Below the pieces are notes generated by a model. The model was given only the letters and a program-made list of their open reading frames with translations. It was not told the DNA's origin and made no database searches. From Azolla caroliniana (Eukaryota > Plantae > Polypodiophyta): a stretch of 64,000 nt of DNA. The translations under genes and the position numbers were made by a program. The stretch is taken from the NCBI GenBank assembly GCA_043228905.1, contig JBHGNT010000013.1, positions 6,076,001-6,140,000 on the forward strand, read 5' to 3'. Shown piece after piece: positions 1 through 12,808 of this stretch (position 1 is the first letter of the stretch; each line of letters begins with the position of its first letter).

Positions 1-1262
1 TTCCCGATCAGGGAGTTCCAAACAAGCAATTTTAGAACAGTATGGCATGCGCTTAAAATGAAAATCTATCTGTTGTAATAAACTAAACTAAATCCATCTG
101 CTGTAATAGTATAGCATACACCTACTGACAACATCAAAAAAATCACAACACGATGTATCTTTTCTAGTTCATCTTAATGGCCACAATGACAAATGATATG
201 CACACTTCTCTTCTAGAACTACAAATCTATAAAATGGAGCAGGATCTCTTTAAATTAGCTGGAATTCATTGTAAGAAAGACATAAATCTCAACACGGACG
301 AACTAAAAACAATATATATGAGTTTGGGTATCAGATTGGATTACTGAGAAAGAGACTTCAATCAAAACCTGTGCAGATGTGTTTCCACAATGCATGTGCT
401 AATTACAAACAAACTCGCATTATTCATCAATGAAGACACAAGTTTTGTCAATTCAATTTACAGTTAGAACTTGTTGGATATACAAAGCATTCCGTACACA
501 CTGGTTCTAAGGCTCTAGGTAAACAGATCATCAAACAAAAGAAAATTTCACAGAAAAGCCGGGAAGGGATTATAATTTATATAACGAATGAAGAATGTTA
601 TGGTAGAAAGGAAGAAAGTGTGCAAAGAAGGAGCAAATATACATGTGTATATAGTTCAAAATATAGATCTACCAACAAATCATGGATATCTCCAAGAACA
701 CGGAGGAGAAAAAAAAAATTAGCCTAAAAGATGTCTGAAAAACTAAAAACATTACATAAAAAAAATTGAGTATAGCTATGTAGAAATCATGCCTTCCCTT
801 GAGCTGTATACTTAAACCATTTGAAAGAAACGTTTGGAGGAAAGACAAGCAAGCAGGTTCAGGAAGGACACGTTGGTATGGTGATGCACAGAGACGGAAA
901 ATGAAATTGTTGAAAGCAAGTAAATAATCATGTGAAGGAGCACATTAAAAGCCTCGTGAACAGCCAAAACCGGAAAAAAGAAATTAAAAATGGGGAATGG
1001 AGAAAGAGAGAGAGAGAGAGAGAGAGAGAAGAAAGAAGACAAAATAACTGGTGTTGAAGAAACATGCAGAAGAAGGGAACAGAAACAAGTGCGAAGAGGA
1101 AGGAAGCTGAACAGAGACAAAGAAACAGAGGTGTAGAAGGAAAACAAGGGTAGAAGGAGACGGGGAATTAAACATGAGTGGAGGGAGGTGCAGAGAGAAG
1201 GAACGAATGGATGCCTGCAGTGCATGCATACAAGGAAGGAAACAAAGCACAGCGGGAGGAGA

Positions 1263-1270
<8 letters not shown>

Positions 1271-1322
<52 letters not shown>
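1271..1322. repeat. (AG)n microsatellite; shorter one at ~1005-1028
   Basis: Directly visible. Confidence 0.95.
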
Positions 1323-1325
<3 letters not shown>

Positions 1326-1353
1326 CAGCAAATTTGCCAACGAAGGACGCCAT
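1326..1353 (-). CDS. Probable first exon (MASFVGKFA...) of a minus-strand gene continuing toward or beyond the window start; could be a uORF
   Basis: ATG in good context (gctATGG) followed by GCTG|GTACT donor at 1325 and a CT-microsatellite intron start. A pyrimidine-rich leader and GC-rich promoter-like region lie upstream (1360-1700). Downstream exon not resolved. Confidence 0.35.
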
Positions 1354-2720
1354 AGCTTCTGCTAGTAGAGACTGATATCGGAGGAGACAGAGACAGAGAA
1401 GGTATAGGATTGGGGGGGGTGAGTGGGGCGGGGGTTCTTATCGAGAAGGAAAGGGGGAAAGGGAAGGTTTTGTGTGTGTGGCGGAAGCTTCGTATTGTCC
1501 ACCGTCCGATCCGCGCGCTCCTACATTTTCGGCTGTTGGATTTTGGATGGTTTAGCGAGGAACCCAAAACACAACACCAACAAATATCATTCTTCGGGGG
1601 CTTTCACACCTGTCCCGCCCACCCCCCCCCTCCGTTTCACACATGTCCGCCCACCCCACCCCGTTTCACACTTGTCCCCCCCCCCCCCAACCCATCATCT
1701 TCTCTTTATTACGATATTCCTTCTCCTACCATAATCAGTCGTCAACTTCGTGCATTTCCGATCTTTCATCATTTTTGCTAACCCTTTTCCCCAAGAAGTA
1801 ACTAAGTGCCCATACTTCTACTGTCAACTTGATTCGCTCAAATAAGCGGCGATTCGGTCTGCTCGCCAAATTTTGGATAGCTTTTCGATCGACCTTCTTG
1901 AATTGGTCCTAGCATTTGTTGCTCTTTCCCATCACAACATTATCTCTTCTAGCTTTTATTTACTTTGGGTGTCATCATCATGCATATTACACCCTCCTTT
2001 TACTTCGTTTTTCTCGTCACACACCCCAAGGCACACACTTTTCTTGGGGTAATTAATTATTTGAGGGCATCTAGAAAGTTCGAAGCAGTGGGAAGCCCCT
2101 CAAAAGAATTATTAGGCCTTGATCACACAATATACATATTTGCATCAAAACTCACTCAAGTTTTCGTCACTTCAACAATATTTCCACTTATTTAGCTCCC
2201 ATGCATGACATTTTTGCCATTTGCGCATCTCAATGCGATTCTCATGAAGATCGTGAAGTTCAACAATACCTTTATCACCCAACAACCACCATGTCGTATT
2301 ACCAATTGGGATTTTGTAAGTCATAGATAGATCCCATATGTTTGAGCACCATTAGTAGATGCAACCAAACACTTTTCAACCTTACCATGACTAGCTATGT
2401 TGGCAAATATGTTTGAGCTTATCCATTATTTTGCATCTTGGAAGTGGAAGTTCTGCATTTACACATTACAACATGTCATAAGAGCCTTCAACACTGCCAA
2501 TCAAGGGCAAAGTTGCTTGATACAAACTTGTAACTTTGTTAGATAACTCGATTTCATCAAATTTCATGATATTGCATGTACTTGATGGAAATCAATATCT
2601 TACCAGATTTCCATTCCTCCCCCCATGAAACATGAAAGGTGGTGCTTTCACTCCAATTGCAATAAATGCACACAATACTCATTGGGTCAATAGTGTAACA
2701 TTCATTAAAAATAGTCTTTT

Positions 2721-3018
2721 GGATTTCACATTTATAAGGGGCTTTTTTTAATGAATGAACCATCTAACCTGAACATTATATAAATTCAGCTATAAAAAAT
2801 GAGTTTTTCTCCCATGCTTGCATAGCCTATTGTAATGAATATACTATTATAAATAGCAAATGAAATTCATAATAGGATTTCACATTTATAAGGAGCATTT
2901 TTTAATAAATGAACCATCTAACCTGAACATTATATTAATTCAGCTATAAAAATATGAGTTTGTCTCACATGTTTGCATAACTAAATGTAATGAATACTAT
3001 TATTAATAGCAAATGAAA
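2721..3018. repeat. Tandem duplication, 2 x ~150 bp
   Basis: GGATTTCACATTTATAAGG...GAACCATCTAACCTGAACATTATA...AATAGCAAATGAAA occurs twice in a row. Confidence 0.85.
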
Positions 3019-3233
3019 CACATACATATTTATAATATACAAGTTACATGATAAAGCTTTAATTTGATACATTTACATGTTTAATTGTATTAATCAAATG
3101 TGGAAATGTAATGTTGTAGTGGTATAGCTTATGGTTTATAACACTAAAGTTGGAATTTCAAGTCTAAACCAAGTCTAGTGTTTCCCTTAAATAATGATTG
3201 AAATGTTTTTTCTTTTAATAAGTTGCTTCTCAC

Positions 3234-3683
3234 TAACAATTGGCAACGGTTTGGTTCAATTTGAGACGGTCAATACCGAATCGTTTAAAATTTTAGAAAC
3301 CTGAACCAAACCACGAAACCATTAAACCGAACCATTAAAAAAAATTTAACCCGTTAAGCCATTAAACGGATAAAACCGCGGTTTCGTGGTTTGGTTTCGG
3401 TTTTCAGCTTAGGTCAAATTTTAAATTTTAAAATTTTAAAATATTTCATTATTTAAATTTTCAAAATTTTAAAGATTTTCCTAAAATGTGAGAATAGGGC
3501 ATGAAAATGAAAAGATTGTTTAAAAACAATTTTAAATTTTTTTTTTAGATTTAAAAATAAATAAATAGTAAAAAACCGTTAAACCATTTAAATTGCAGTT
3601 TTTAACTGTTGAAACCAAACTAAACCGTTAAGTCGCGGTTTCGCGGTTCGGTTCAGTTCAAACCGAACTATTGCCAATTGTTA
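3234..3683. mobile_element. Non-autonomous hAT-type MITE (450 bp)
   Basis: TIR TAACAATTGGCAA / TTGCCAATTGTTA; perfect 8-bp TSD CTTCTCAC (3226-3233, 3684-3691); many AACCG/CGGTT subterminal motifs. Confidence 0.9.
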
Positions 3684-3749
3684 CTTCTCACACTTTTTGT
3701 TTGTGTTGAGATGTCAAGCTAAATTAGGTTGACTCTATTTAGGAATGGA

Positions 3750-4200
3750 ATCCAAAACGGGTAGAAGACCGAAATGCACGACACAAAAGTAGTCAAGGAT
3801 CCTCCACAAAAAGGGGGAGTCATAGCGGCGCCACAAGTCGACAGAGCAAGTCGACAGATTGTTGGTATTGCGGCAAGAAGGGCCATCGAGAAGAAGACTA
3901 CTGGAAAAAACAGGCCAATTCGAGTAGAGCCGAATCAGGAAGTTGGCAAAAATCTCATCACGCCTAATGCACGAGACCGTTAGGAAGTGATCCAATTTTC
4001 ATGATGAAGCACCACGCAAACTCCATGGAGGCAAGCACCTCTAAGCAAGAAGAGGTGTGGTACGTTGACTTAGGTGTGCCCAATCATATGATGAACCATG
4101 AAGAATGGTTTATGAGCTTAAGAGAACTTGAATAGCTAAGATATGTGGAAATTGGCGACGACACAATCCACACCACTGAGCATATTGGAGATGTACCTAG
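3750..4200 (+). pseudogene. Degenerate Ty1/copia gag-protease fragment, related to the element at 23755-29685
   Basis: EEVWYVDLG..NHMMNHEEWF...YVEIGDDT matches EEVWYVDSDASNHMTIHEEWF...VVETGDDT of ORF 27152..28210. Confidence 0.75.
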
Positions 4201-4299
4201 TTGGCTGGTTCAGACGACCAAGTGTGAAAAAGGCTAAGAAATGGTTATGAGTCGAAAATGAAGACGGGTGGTGCCGAGCCACCAAAGAAATCCGAGCTT

Positions 4300-4611
4300 A
4301 AAACGACAATAGTTATAATTAGTAGGAGCGGTTCACGCTCTGTTCGTAACTGCCCATGATCCCTATACAAAGGGGACATGGAAAGCATGTAAAGTTTAAT
4401 TGAAATAGTGTTGTATCATGTGTTCTTTTGCTAATAGAAATATTATTGCTAATACTCTGCCTCTGTGTTCTGTGTTGAGTTTCCCTGCGTACTTTGTGTA
4501 TCGTATACGTGATCGATCGGTTGTAGCTAGTTCAGGTTTAATCTCCACAGTCGCAATAGTTCGATTCATAAGTGTGTCGCTCGCAATTGAAACTCATTAA
4601 GCGACCTGACA
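4300..4611 (+). mobile_element. Probable LTR fragment (3' part)
   Basis: TATA-like CTATACAAAGG, T/C-rich U5-like tract, ends ...CTGACA; left boundary not found. Confidence 0.4.
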
Positions 4612-6965
4612 ATACTTCCCTTCCCCAACCACGAGACCTTGCGTCAAATACCAAAGGAACGAGTATCTGACACCATGTTACCCTAAACCGATAACACTTT
4701 TGGCATGCCTGATCGATTTGTGCATACACAGAAAACAATGGGGGAATGGATGTCATCTAGCGGACGAGGCAGCAATCGCTACTAGATGTTCCTTTACCCG
4801 ATCACGAAGAAAGTGTGATTGAATCTACTATCACCGAACAAGTACACTCAGTGCTGAAAGTCCTCTCCAAGGCACAGTACGAGACCAGAACAACCAACGG
4901 TAATAGTTCGGAGGTCGACCACACCCTACACACTACCGACCGTGTTAACAACCCTCTTGAGGATACATCCAACTTCCAAAACTCCGACACAATGCCATAC
5001 TTGCATCCCCACTACAATGATGAAGCATATGCAAAGGTGCATGTGCGCGCCTTCCTAACCACGTGGCAAACCAACCACGTGTCCCAATGACTAGCGGAGG
5101 CTAATGCGAATGCGTCGAAAAAAGCGAAGTTCGGACTATCCCTGGACGGGTGGGCGGTGAATTGGTATTCACAACATGACATGGCGGAATTCCCAAATTT
5201 CGAACAATTGAAGGACAAGTTCCTCTGATTGTTCCATTGTTGGATCCCACAACGCGAACTGATGAAATAGTTCTATGCTATTGACTAGGACGCCCACAAC
5301 ATCATCCCGTAGTTTGTTATTAGCTTCTAGAGTCTCTAGTACCAGCTAACACGGTCACCCCCGGAAGACGAGGTTAAGGGTAACACGGTGTCGGATACCA
5401 AAGGAACGAGTATTTGACACCATCTTACCCTAAACCGGTAACACTTTTGGCACACCTGATCGATTTGTGAATACACAGAGAACAACGGGGGAATGGATGT
5501 CATCTAGCGAACGAGGCAGCAAAGAGACAAAGAGACGGGGCAAACCTCACACTCGGGCAGAGTTTCAACGCGTGGCTGAAGTTGCACTCACTGAACAGTC
5601 GCTACTAGACATTCCCTTACCCAATCATGAAGAAAGTGTGATCGAATCTACGCTCACCAAACAAGTACACTCAGTGCCGAAAGTTCTCTCTAGGGCGCAA
5701 TACAAGACCAGAACAACCAACGGTAGTAGTTTGGAGGTTGACCACACCCCACACACTACCGACCGTGTTAACAACCCTCTCGGGGATAGATCCAATGTTG
5801 TCGTGAAGATTTTCGGCAACGTGAGAAAATCATGTGGAAAGGAGAAAACCGAGAAGGTGCAATGTGCACATGTATAAAAGGGGTGATGGTTACACTCATA
5901 TATTAACACATTAATGTGGACATGGTTTTTGAACGTTACACCCCCAAGATAGGAGATAATTGACATACCATTAGGCTAAGATGTTCCTTTAAAGTTTATT
6001 TTTATCATTGTACTTTTCACATTTAAATTCTGATACATGAGAGCTTGGATGAGTGACATGGTCATCATGTATCACATGTGATGCATGAACGCCAATTGGT
6101 AAACATGCATCGCATGCACTTCATGCATTCCATGCATTGTATGCATGTCTTGTACCCTCACATGCACCATATGCATGGGGGCATCTATAAAGGAAGAAAA
6201 AGGAAAAGGATGAGGGGGCGATGTACTGAATTGAGAAAATAATAATAAAATCTTAATTACCTTATTGGCAATGTATGTTGACTCTCAAAATTGAAGTCAA
6301 GGGTTCAATCTCTCTCTCTCTCTCTCTCTCAATCTCTCTCAAAATTGTAATCTCCTTCTTTCAATCTCTATCTTAAATATACTTTCTTGTTAAAGCTAGT
6401 ACAGACTTCGAATCCTTCCGGTCTAGGGCCCTGGCAGTCCCGCTTCATTTCGCGAACACGCGAGGATTTCCTCGACATCTTTCTTGGTGAAGCGGTAGGA
6501 AGGATCAAGAAGAAGATTGACCGATACTTGGAGATGGCATCCTCAAGCAATCAAGCGGGAGAGTTCGAAAGGATGATGGTAATCATCGAACAAATGATGA
6601 GATTTCGGGACAATGATGCGAGCATGGAGAAGGTTGTCAATTGTGTCATGGAGGTCGTGGGTCAATTTGATGGAAGGAACATTACAAAGTTCTTTGATGC
6701 ATACAAAATGGAGATGAATCAGAGGGACGTGTCTGAAGCACGTCAAATCTCGAGTTTCAAGCGAGTTGTTGCCAACAACGTCCAAAGACGGGTCATCAAG
6801 CTTCAAGAAGGGAAGACAACATGGTTTGAGTTTGAAAAAGCCATATTAGCGGAGTTCACAATGGGGGATTTGTCGAGTATGACTTGACATGTCTTTATGA
6901 AGTGGATAGAGAAGAAAAATAAGAAGATGAGCGCCTCGAGGGCATATGACGAGTTCGATCAGATG

Positions 6966-9900
6966 CTCACTGGGACTATATCCTAGCCAATCGACTAAAT
7001 AGTAGAGCTTGTTACGAAAAATCTTGAACTTGAGGATGGCGGAAACCTCGTACTCAGGTCCATCTTCAAGTTCGATCGGGGGTGGAGGTTGTTTAATACG
7101 ACCTAGGATGGTGTTGTCTTGATAGGGTTCGAGGAGAGAACTATGAAACACCGGATGTATCTGAAGTTGTGGAGGTAGATGAAGATGAAAAGCGACATCA
7201 TTAATTTTTCCGATAATATGGAAAGGACCTAATCATCGATAATCCAACTTCTCGTATGGGCGAGTAGTCTTGATGTGTCGTCGAAGTAGCCATACCTGAT
7301 CTCCAATGTTAAAACTGGCTTGAAGCTGATGACGATCCACATAAACCTTGTGTGTTTGTTGAGCTTACTATAGATGAGTTGATAAATCCGCTTGTATCTT
7401 GTGTAACCACTCCAAAGGGTCTTCTGCGCAAGGATTTGTGGGTAACTTTGGGGTTTCAAATACACACCACCGGGGCTGACAGCCCATATAAGCATAAAAT
7501 GGTGTAACCTTTGTCGATGAGTGGACAGAGTTATTATATGCAAATTTGGCGAAGTGGAGAATATCCGCCCAGTCATCTTGATGATAGCTTAGAAAGCACC
7601 GAAGATACTGCTCCAACGTTTGATTTGTTCGTTCTACTTGGCCGTTTGTTTGCGGGTGGTAGCCAGAGGAGAGGTTACAAGCGACCTTGAACATTTTAAA
7701 GAGGTGCTTCTAGAATTTCGAGACAAACTGGGGTCCGCGGTCGCTGATGATACTATCAGGAAGGCCATGATGTCGACATACTTCACGCATGACAGTTTCA
7801 GCGGTTTCCTCACTGGAGATTTCCTTAGTACATGGCAAGAAATGGGCCATCTTCGTATATCGACCTACTATTGTTAAGATCGCATTGAATCCCTTAGAGA
7901 CTAGAAGACTTGTGATGAAATCTAGAGCAATGGATTGCCACGACTTGCTTGGAATTGGTAATGATTATAATAAACCATATGGATGATGCCTTGGCATTTT
8001 TGCTTTGCAACATCTATCACAAGTCTGAACAAAATCTTCGACAAATTGTCACATATGGGGCCACCAGAATGATCGTTGTACTAAATCTAATGTTTTAGTA
8101 CTACCAAAATGCCCAACTATATATGTGTCATGACAGTTTTGGACTACTCGAATGCGACAAGAACCATTAGGAACATACAAGATTTTCTTAAAGAATAGTA
8201 ATCCATCATGACATTCGAATTATCGATAGTTTGTATCTAGTTGTTGCGACTGTGAACAAGATGCTCGAGAGGGATCAATTTGTGCTAGAATGGCTTGGGC
8301 GAAAGCATCTGTCTTCAAGTCCTCACGTATGGTATCGATAACATGGGAATCCAAGGGCATACCGAAGACTTGCGTTGCTTGTAGTTGTGCTAGTCCCAAG
8401 ATGACTTGCTTTTGGTGATTGAAAGCTGGATCGCCAGGACGCGGTGCTAGATACGAGCGCCATGATAATGCATATGCCTTCCCTTGTTGCTTCCCCGGAC
8501 GATTTGTAATTTTGAAGTCGAAACGAGTGAGGAATTGGGCCCACCGAGCTTGACGTCGATATAACACACGAGCATTCTGAAAGTAGGCAAGGTTTTTGTG
8601 ATCACTAAATATGGTGACTTGTTGAGAAGATCCCTCTAGAAAATGCCTCCATTGTGTAAAAGAGTCCACGATTGCTAATAGATCCTTATCATGAATTTCA
8701 TAGTTGATTTCAGTGGCGTCAAACTTGCGTGAGTGGAAAGCCACAGGATGGAGCTTTTCATCATCGCCTTGTTGTGACAGAATGCTACCCAACGCGAAAT
8801 CCGACGCGTCTGCTTCGATGATGAATGGTTTTTCTGGATCAACATGAGCCAGAATAGGAGCTCATGTAAATGCCTTCTTAAGACCTTGAAAAGACATGTC
8901 TGCTTCTTCAAACCAAACGAACGATTGTCCCTTCCTGGTGAGCTATGTGAGAGGCAAAACAAGCTTTGAGTAATCTTGTATAAACTTGTGGTAGAAATTG
9001 GCAAAGCCTAAAAAGCATTGCACATCTCGCAATGAATGCAGAGTCTTCCCCTCTACCACCATTTTGACCTTAGCTGGATCCATGGAGATGCCTTCCGCGG
9101 AAATGACATAGCCCAGAAATTCTACCTGGTTGCACTCGAAACTACATTTTTCCAGCTTTGCATAAAGACCATGTTCTCGAAGTCGTTTTAGTACTAATAG
9201 TACATGAGAATCATGCTCTTCTTGGGTCTTCGAATAAACTAGTAGATCATCCAAATAGATGATCAAACAAACATCCAAGAGATCTCGGAATATATCATTT
9301 GCCATGTGCTTAAAGACTGTTGGTGCATTAGTGAGGCCGAATGGCATGACCATATACTCGAAGTACCCATATCTGGTGTGAAACGCGGTCTTCCATTCAT
9401 CTCCTAGTCGTATCCGTACAAGGTTATATGCTCCTCGTAAGTCGATCTTTGTGAAGAACCTTGCACCATTGATCCATTCTAAAAGACTTGAGATAAGGAG
9501 AAGTGCATACCTATTCCTGATGGTGACCTTATTCAAGCCATGGTAATCTATGACGAGATGAAGTGATCCATCCTTTTTCTTAACGAAGAAAATGGGTGCG
9601 CCGGTTGGATATTTCGAATGTCGAATGAAACCATTTGCCAAATTCTCCTCTATATAGGCTCGAAGGACTTCTAGCTCAGTTGGTGACAAATTGTAGATCG
9701 GTCCCCATGGTGGCTCTTTTCCCGGTTGTAAATCAATGGGACAATCATACGGTCGATGGTGAGGAAGCGTATTGGCTAGTACTTTATCGAACACATCAGC
9801 ATAATGATGATACTTCTCTGGAAGTTGAACGATGGACTCCTCTTTAGTGGTGTTGGAGGGTTTTACTAATACTTCGAAGAGAAACATTTCTTCCTTGTGT

Positions 9901-11947
9901 CCTTCCTCACGCAACTGATGTAACGAAATGGTTGCAATCTTATGAGTAGATCCTCGGGTTTGTCGATACCGGATTTCCCTTGTTCTCCAATCTATGTCTG
10001 GGTTATGTAATTTGAACCATGGTAATTCCAAACAATGGGATGTTCTAGGATACTAATTATATTAAAGGATACTACACACGCTAAATTATCTAGGACAATA
10101 TTAACGGGCTCTAACTCTTCTATGATATTTCCGGAAGCAATGGGACGACCATCAATGACTACTATAGAGGCTAGACACGGGAGTTTTCTTAGGGATATCT
10201 GATGAGCTTGGGCAAAATTCCTATCCATGAAGAAAGGATTAGCTCCGGAATCTAAGAGTGTTGAGACATGTACTGGAGAGGTACTTTTAGCACTAATTGT
10301 TACTTGGGCTAAGAACACATTGCTAACTTGCTTAGAGGGAATGGAACCACTAATGGGCTACATAGATCTAAGGTTGTCCAACCAAACGGCTCCTATTTTG
10401 GCTTGAATTAGTCATTTAACTCTTCTTCTAACTAACTACGGACATCAAATTTATTCAATAGATTTGGGCTACTAGTACTATTAGGACTATCATATATTCC
10501 TACTAAAATAGATTCGGGTTTAGTACAATTAGAACGAGCAACTATTTGGTTCGCCTATCTTCTTGGTCTATGGGGACAGTTCACTACAATATGCCCTGGT
10601 CCACCGAAATAAAGACATAGTCAATTTGCTCGACATTGCTGCTTTTCTTCTTCTGATAATGGTTTGCGACGACATGTAGTGTCAAATTCCATCGGAGTTG
10701 GAGTATTCACTGGAGACGCATTATATGACTCCCTTGGAAAAGGTTTTGCTACCACTGAGGCGTAGGTGAGCTCTGATCTTGCCCTTGGCATCTGGAACTG
10801 ACATTCCGAACGTCGTTCGAAAAGATGGTTGTCGCATCTCACCGCGCAACTGATTGCTTCTGTCAATGACTTTGGTTATTCGGGGAAGGTCAAGAGTAAA
10901 TCCTTGACATCGTTACGTAGACCATAACGAAATTCCTCCATAAGTGTTTGGTCATCCCAGGGGATATCGGAGGCGAGTAGGCGGAAATCTGCAGCGTATG
11001 CAGAGGCTGGACGATCACCTTGACATAATCGTTGAATTTTGTTGATTGCGGTAAGTATCTCCAAAACAGGCTTTAAACTCACTTAAAAACTCTTCAAAAT
11101 TGTTTAGTAAAGGAGACTCCTTTTCTAACAACGGAGCGAACCATGCCAAAGTTGAGCCACTTAACAACGTGCCTACTAAACCCACTTGTGATGCATTGGT
11201 GGGATAGCGGGAAGGATGCATTTGAATGACTAATTGTACCTGATTGAGGAATCCTCTAAACTGCGATCGCGTTCCATCGAATTTCATGGGAAGGCCGATC
11301 TTGGGTTCTTTATGAACCCCTTGCATACTGGGTCCTTGTTGTTCGATCGCGACTATGGTTGCTTCGAGTTGTTGCCCGCGTAACACTAGTTCCCCATGTT
11401 GTTGTTACGTTTGCTGCTTCTCTAAGGAGATTCGTTGAAGCTCCCCCAACAATCATTGATTTTCTTGTTCCAATGCGAGAAGCTTCTCTTTCAAGCATTG
11501 CAACTCGGAAAAAATGATTGATATTCTTGAGCGCTAAAAGTGGCCATAGTATGAGAGAAAAGAGGAATAAGAGATTAGTATGAAGGGAGGGAGAAGTAAG
11601 AAGATAAAGGAAGAGAAGGAAGGAGACGAAAATCAGTTCAAAATGTTAGGAACAATACTAAGCCAGAGAAGTACTGTCAGGAACAGTACTAAGACAGAGA
11701 AGGAATTAGTACTAAAAGATGAGGATTAGTACTAAGGGAGGTGTAGAACTCTCGAGAGAAGGAAAGAGAGAGTAAGAGAGAGAGATTGAGAGAGAGAGAG
11801 AGAATGATTATAACAAAAGATATATATTATGTTAAGAGAATATACAATAGTAGCTAATGAAGAGAGAGAAAAAAGATAGAGAAGAGAAGAGGAAGAAAAA
11901 AGAATACTTCAATATACTATTAAGAAAAGAATACAATCCTCTTAAAC
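6966..11947 (-). mobile_element. Ty3/gypsy chromovirus (Tcn1-like), degenerate gag-pol, 3'-truncated; probable 5' LTR ~11644-11947
   Basis: Gag (KFDGTRSQFRGF), protease LLDSGA, RT YLDD (8943..10031), RNase H (8220..8792), integrase (GYHPQTNGQVER), chromodomain EYEVSAIL...YYLVDWLGY; many stops and frameshifts; no tRNA-type TGG PBS after the LTR. Confidence 0.88.
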
Positions 11948-12747
11948 ACCAAGAGAAACAACCCCAAATAACTACTTCAATATACTATTTCTAAAATAGT
12001 CTTTTTGCCTTCTCTCTTTCTTCTACTAATCGTCTTCCCACTTCTTTTAATCTTCTTCTTCTTCCTCACTTCTTCTTCTTCACTTCTTCTTCTTCACTTC
12101 TTCTTGTAGATCTTCTATCCTTCCTTGTAGATATTCTATTCTTTCTCCATCCCCCATATTGCTAAGAATACCGCATATTTATAGGTTTTTAGTTGCGTTA
12201 TTCTTGCTTTTTTCTTTTCTTTTCTTTTACATATCCTCGAGTTTGTGTTGTGCGTTTTTCATATAATTATTTCTGGTTTTTCATCCAATTTTTTCATACA
12301 AGAAAGCTCTCTTTGTTAGCTTTCTTAGGAATATTTTCTTTTGAAATTTGGATAAGAGATGAAGAAGTTATGAGTTTTTTTCTCTACCTTGCTTTTTTTG
12401 TTTAATTTCTTGCGTTTTTCTTCTTTTTCTTCTTTTCTTCTTTTTCTACTTTTGAAAAATGCCTCTAACTTTATTTCTCTTCAATTTCATTTATCTTTTA
12501 ACTCTTGGACCTTTCATATTGTGCTTTATTCTTCTATACCTTCGCATGAGCAAAAATTGACTTCATAATAGTTAGGAGGCTTAAGACTGGTGTTGAACCA
12601 ATTTGGTTCGAAATAATGCTTTGTGCCTCCTTTTATAGTGTTCTCAGGAGTACTCCTGAAGTTTCTAGAATATTCTAGATTTGGAATATACATCAATTTT
12701 CTATAGTAAAACTTAAATGAAAATAATATCCTTCGTATTATAACATA

Positions 12748-12808
12748 TAGTCTAATGGTCAAGAGCTCGACCCATGTAACATAAAGTCACAGGTTCGAGT
12801 CTTGCCAT
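12748..12808 (+). other. tRNA-derived Pol III promoter-like segment (SINE head or tRNA pseudogene)
   Basis: Box A TAGTCTAATGG (12748), box B GGTTCGAGTCT (12792); acceptor stem does not pair. Confidence 0.5.

Noticed and set aside
812-1375. ORFs with SLSLSL / RERERE runs
   Set aside because: Artefacts of (AG)n microsatellites in a probable intron
4612-4626. Minus-strand PPT implying an antisense gag
   Set aside because: Better explained as part of the outer element's LTR, which ends at 4696 before a plus-strand PBS-like motif
12748-12808. Functional tRNA gene
   Set aside because: Boxes A and B present, but acceptor and anticodon stems do not pair
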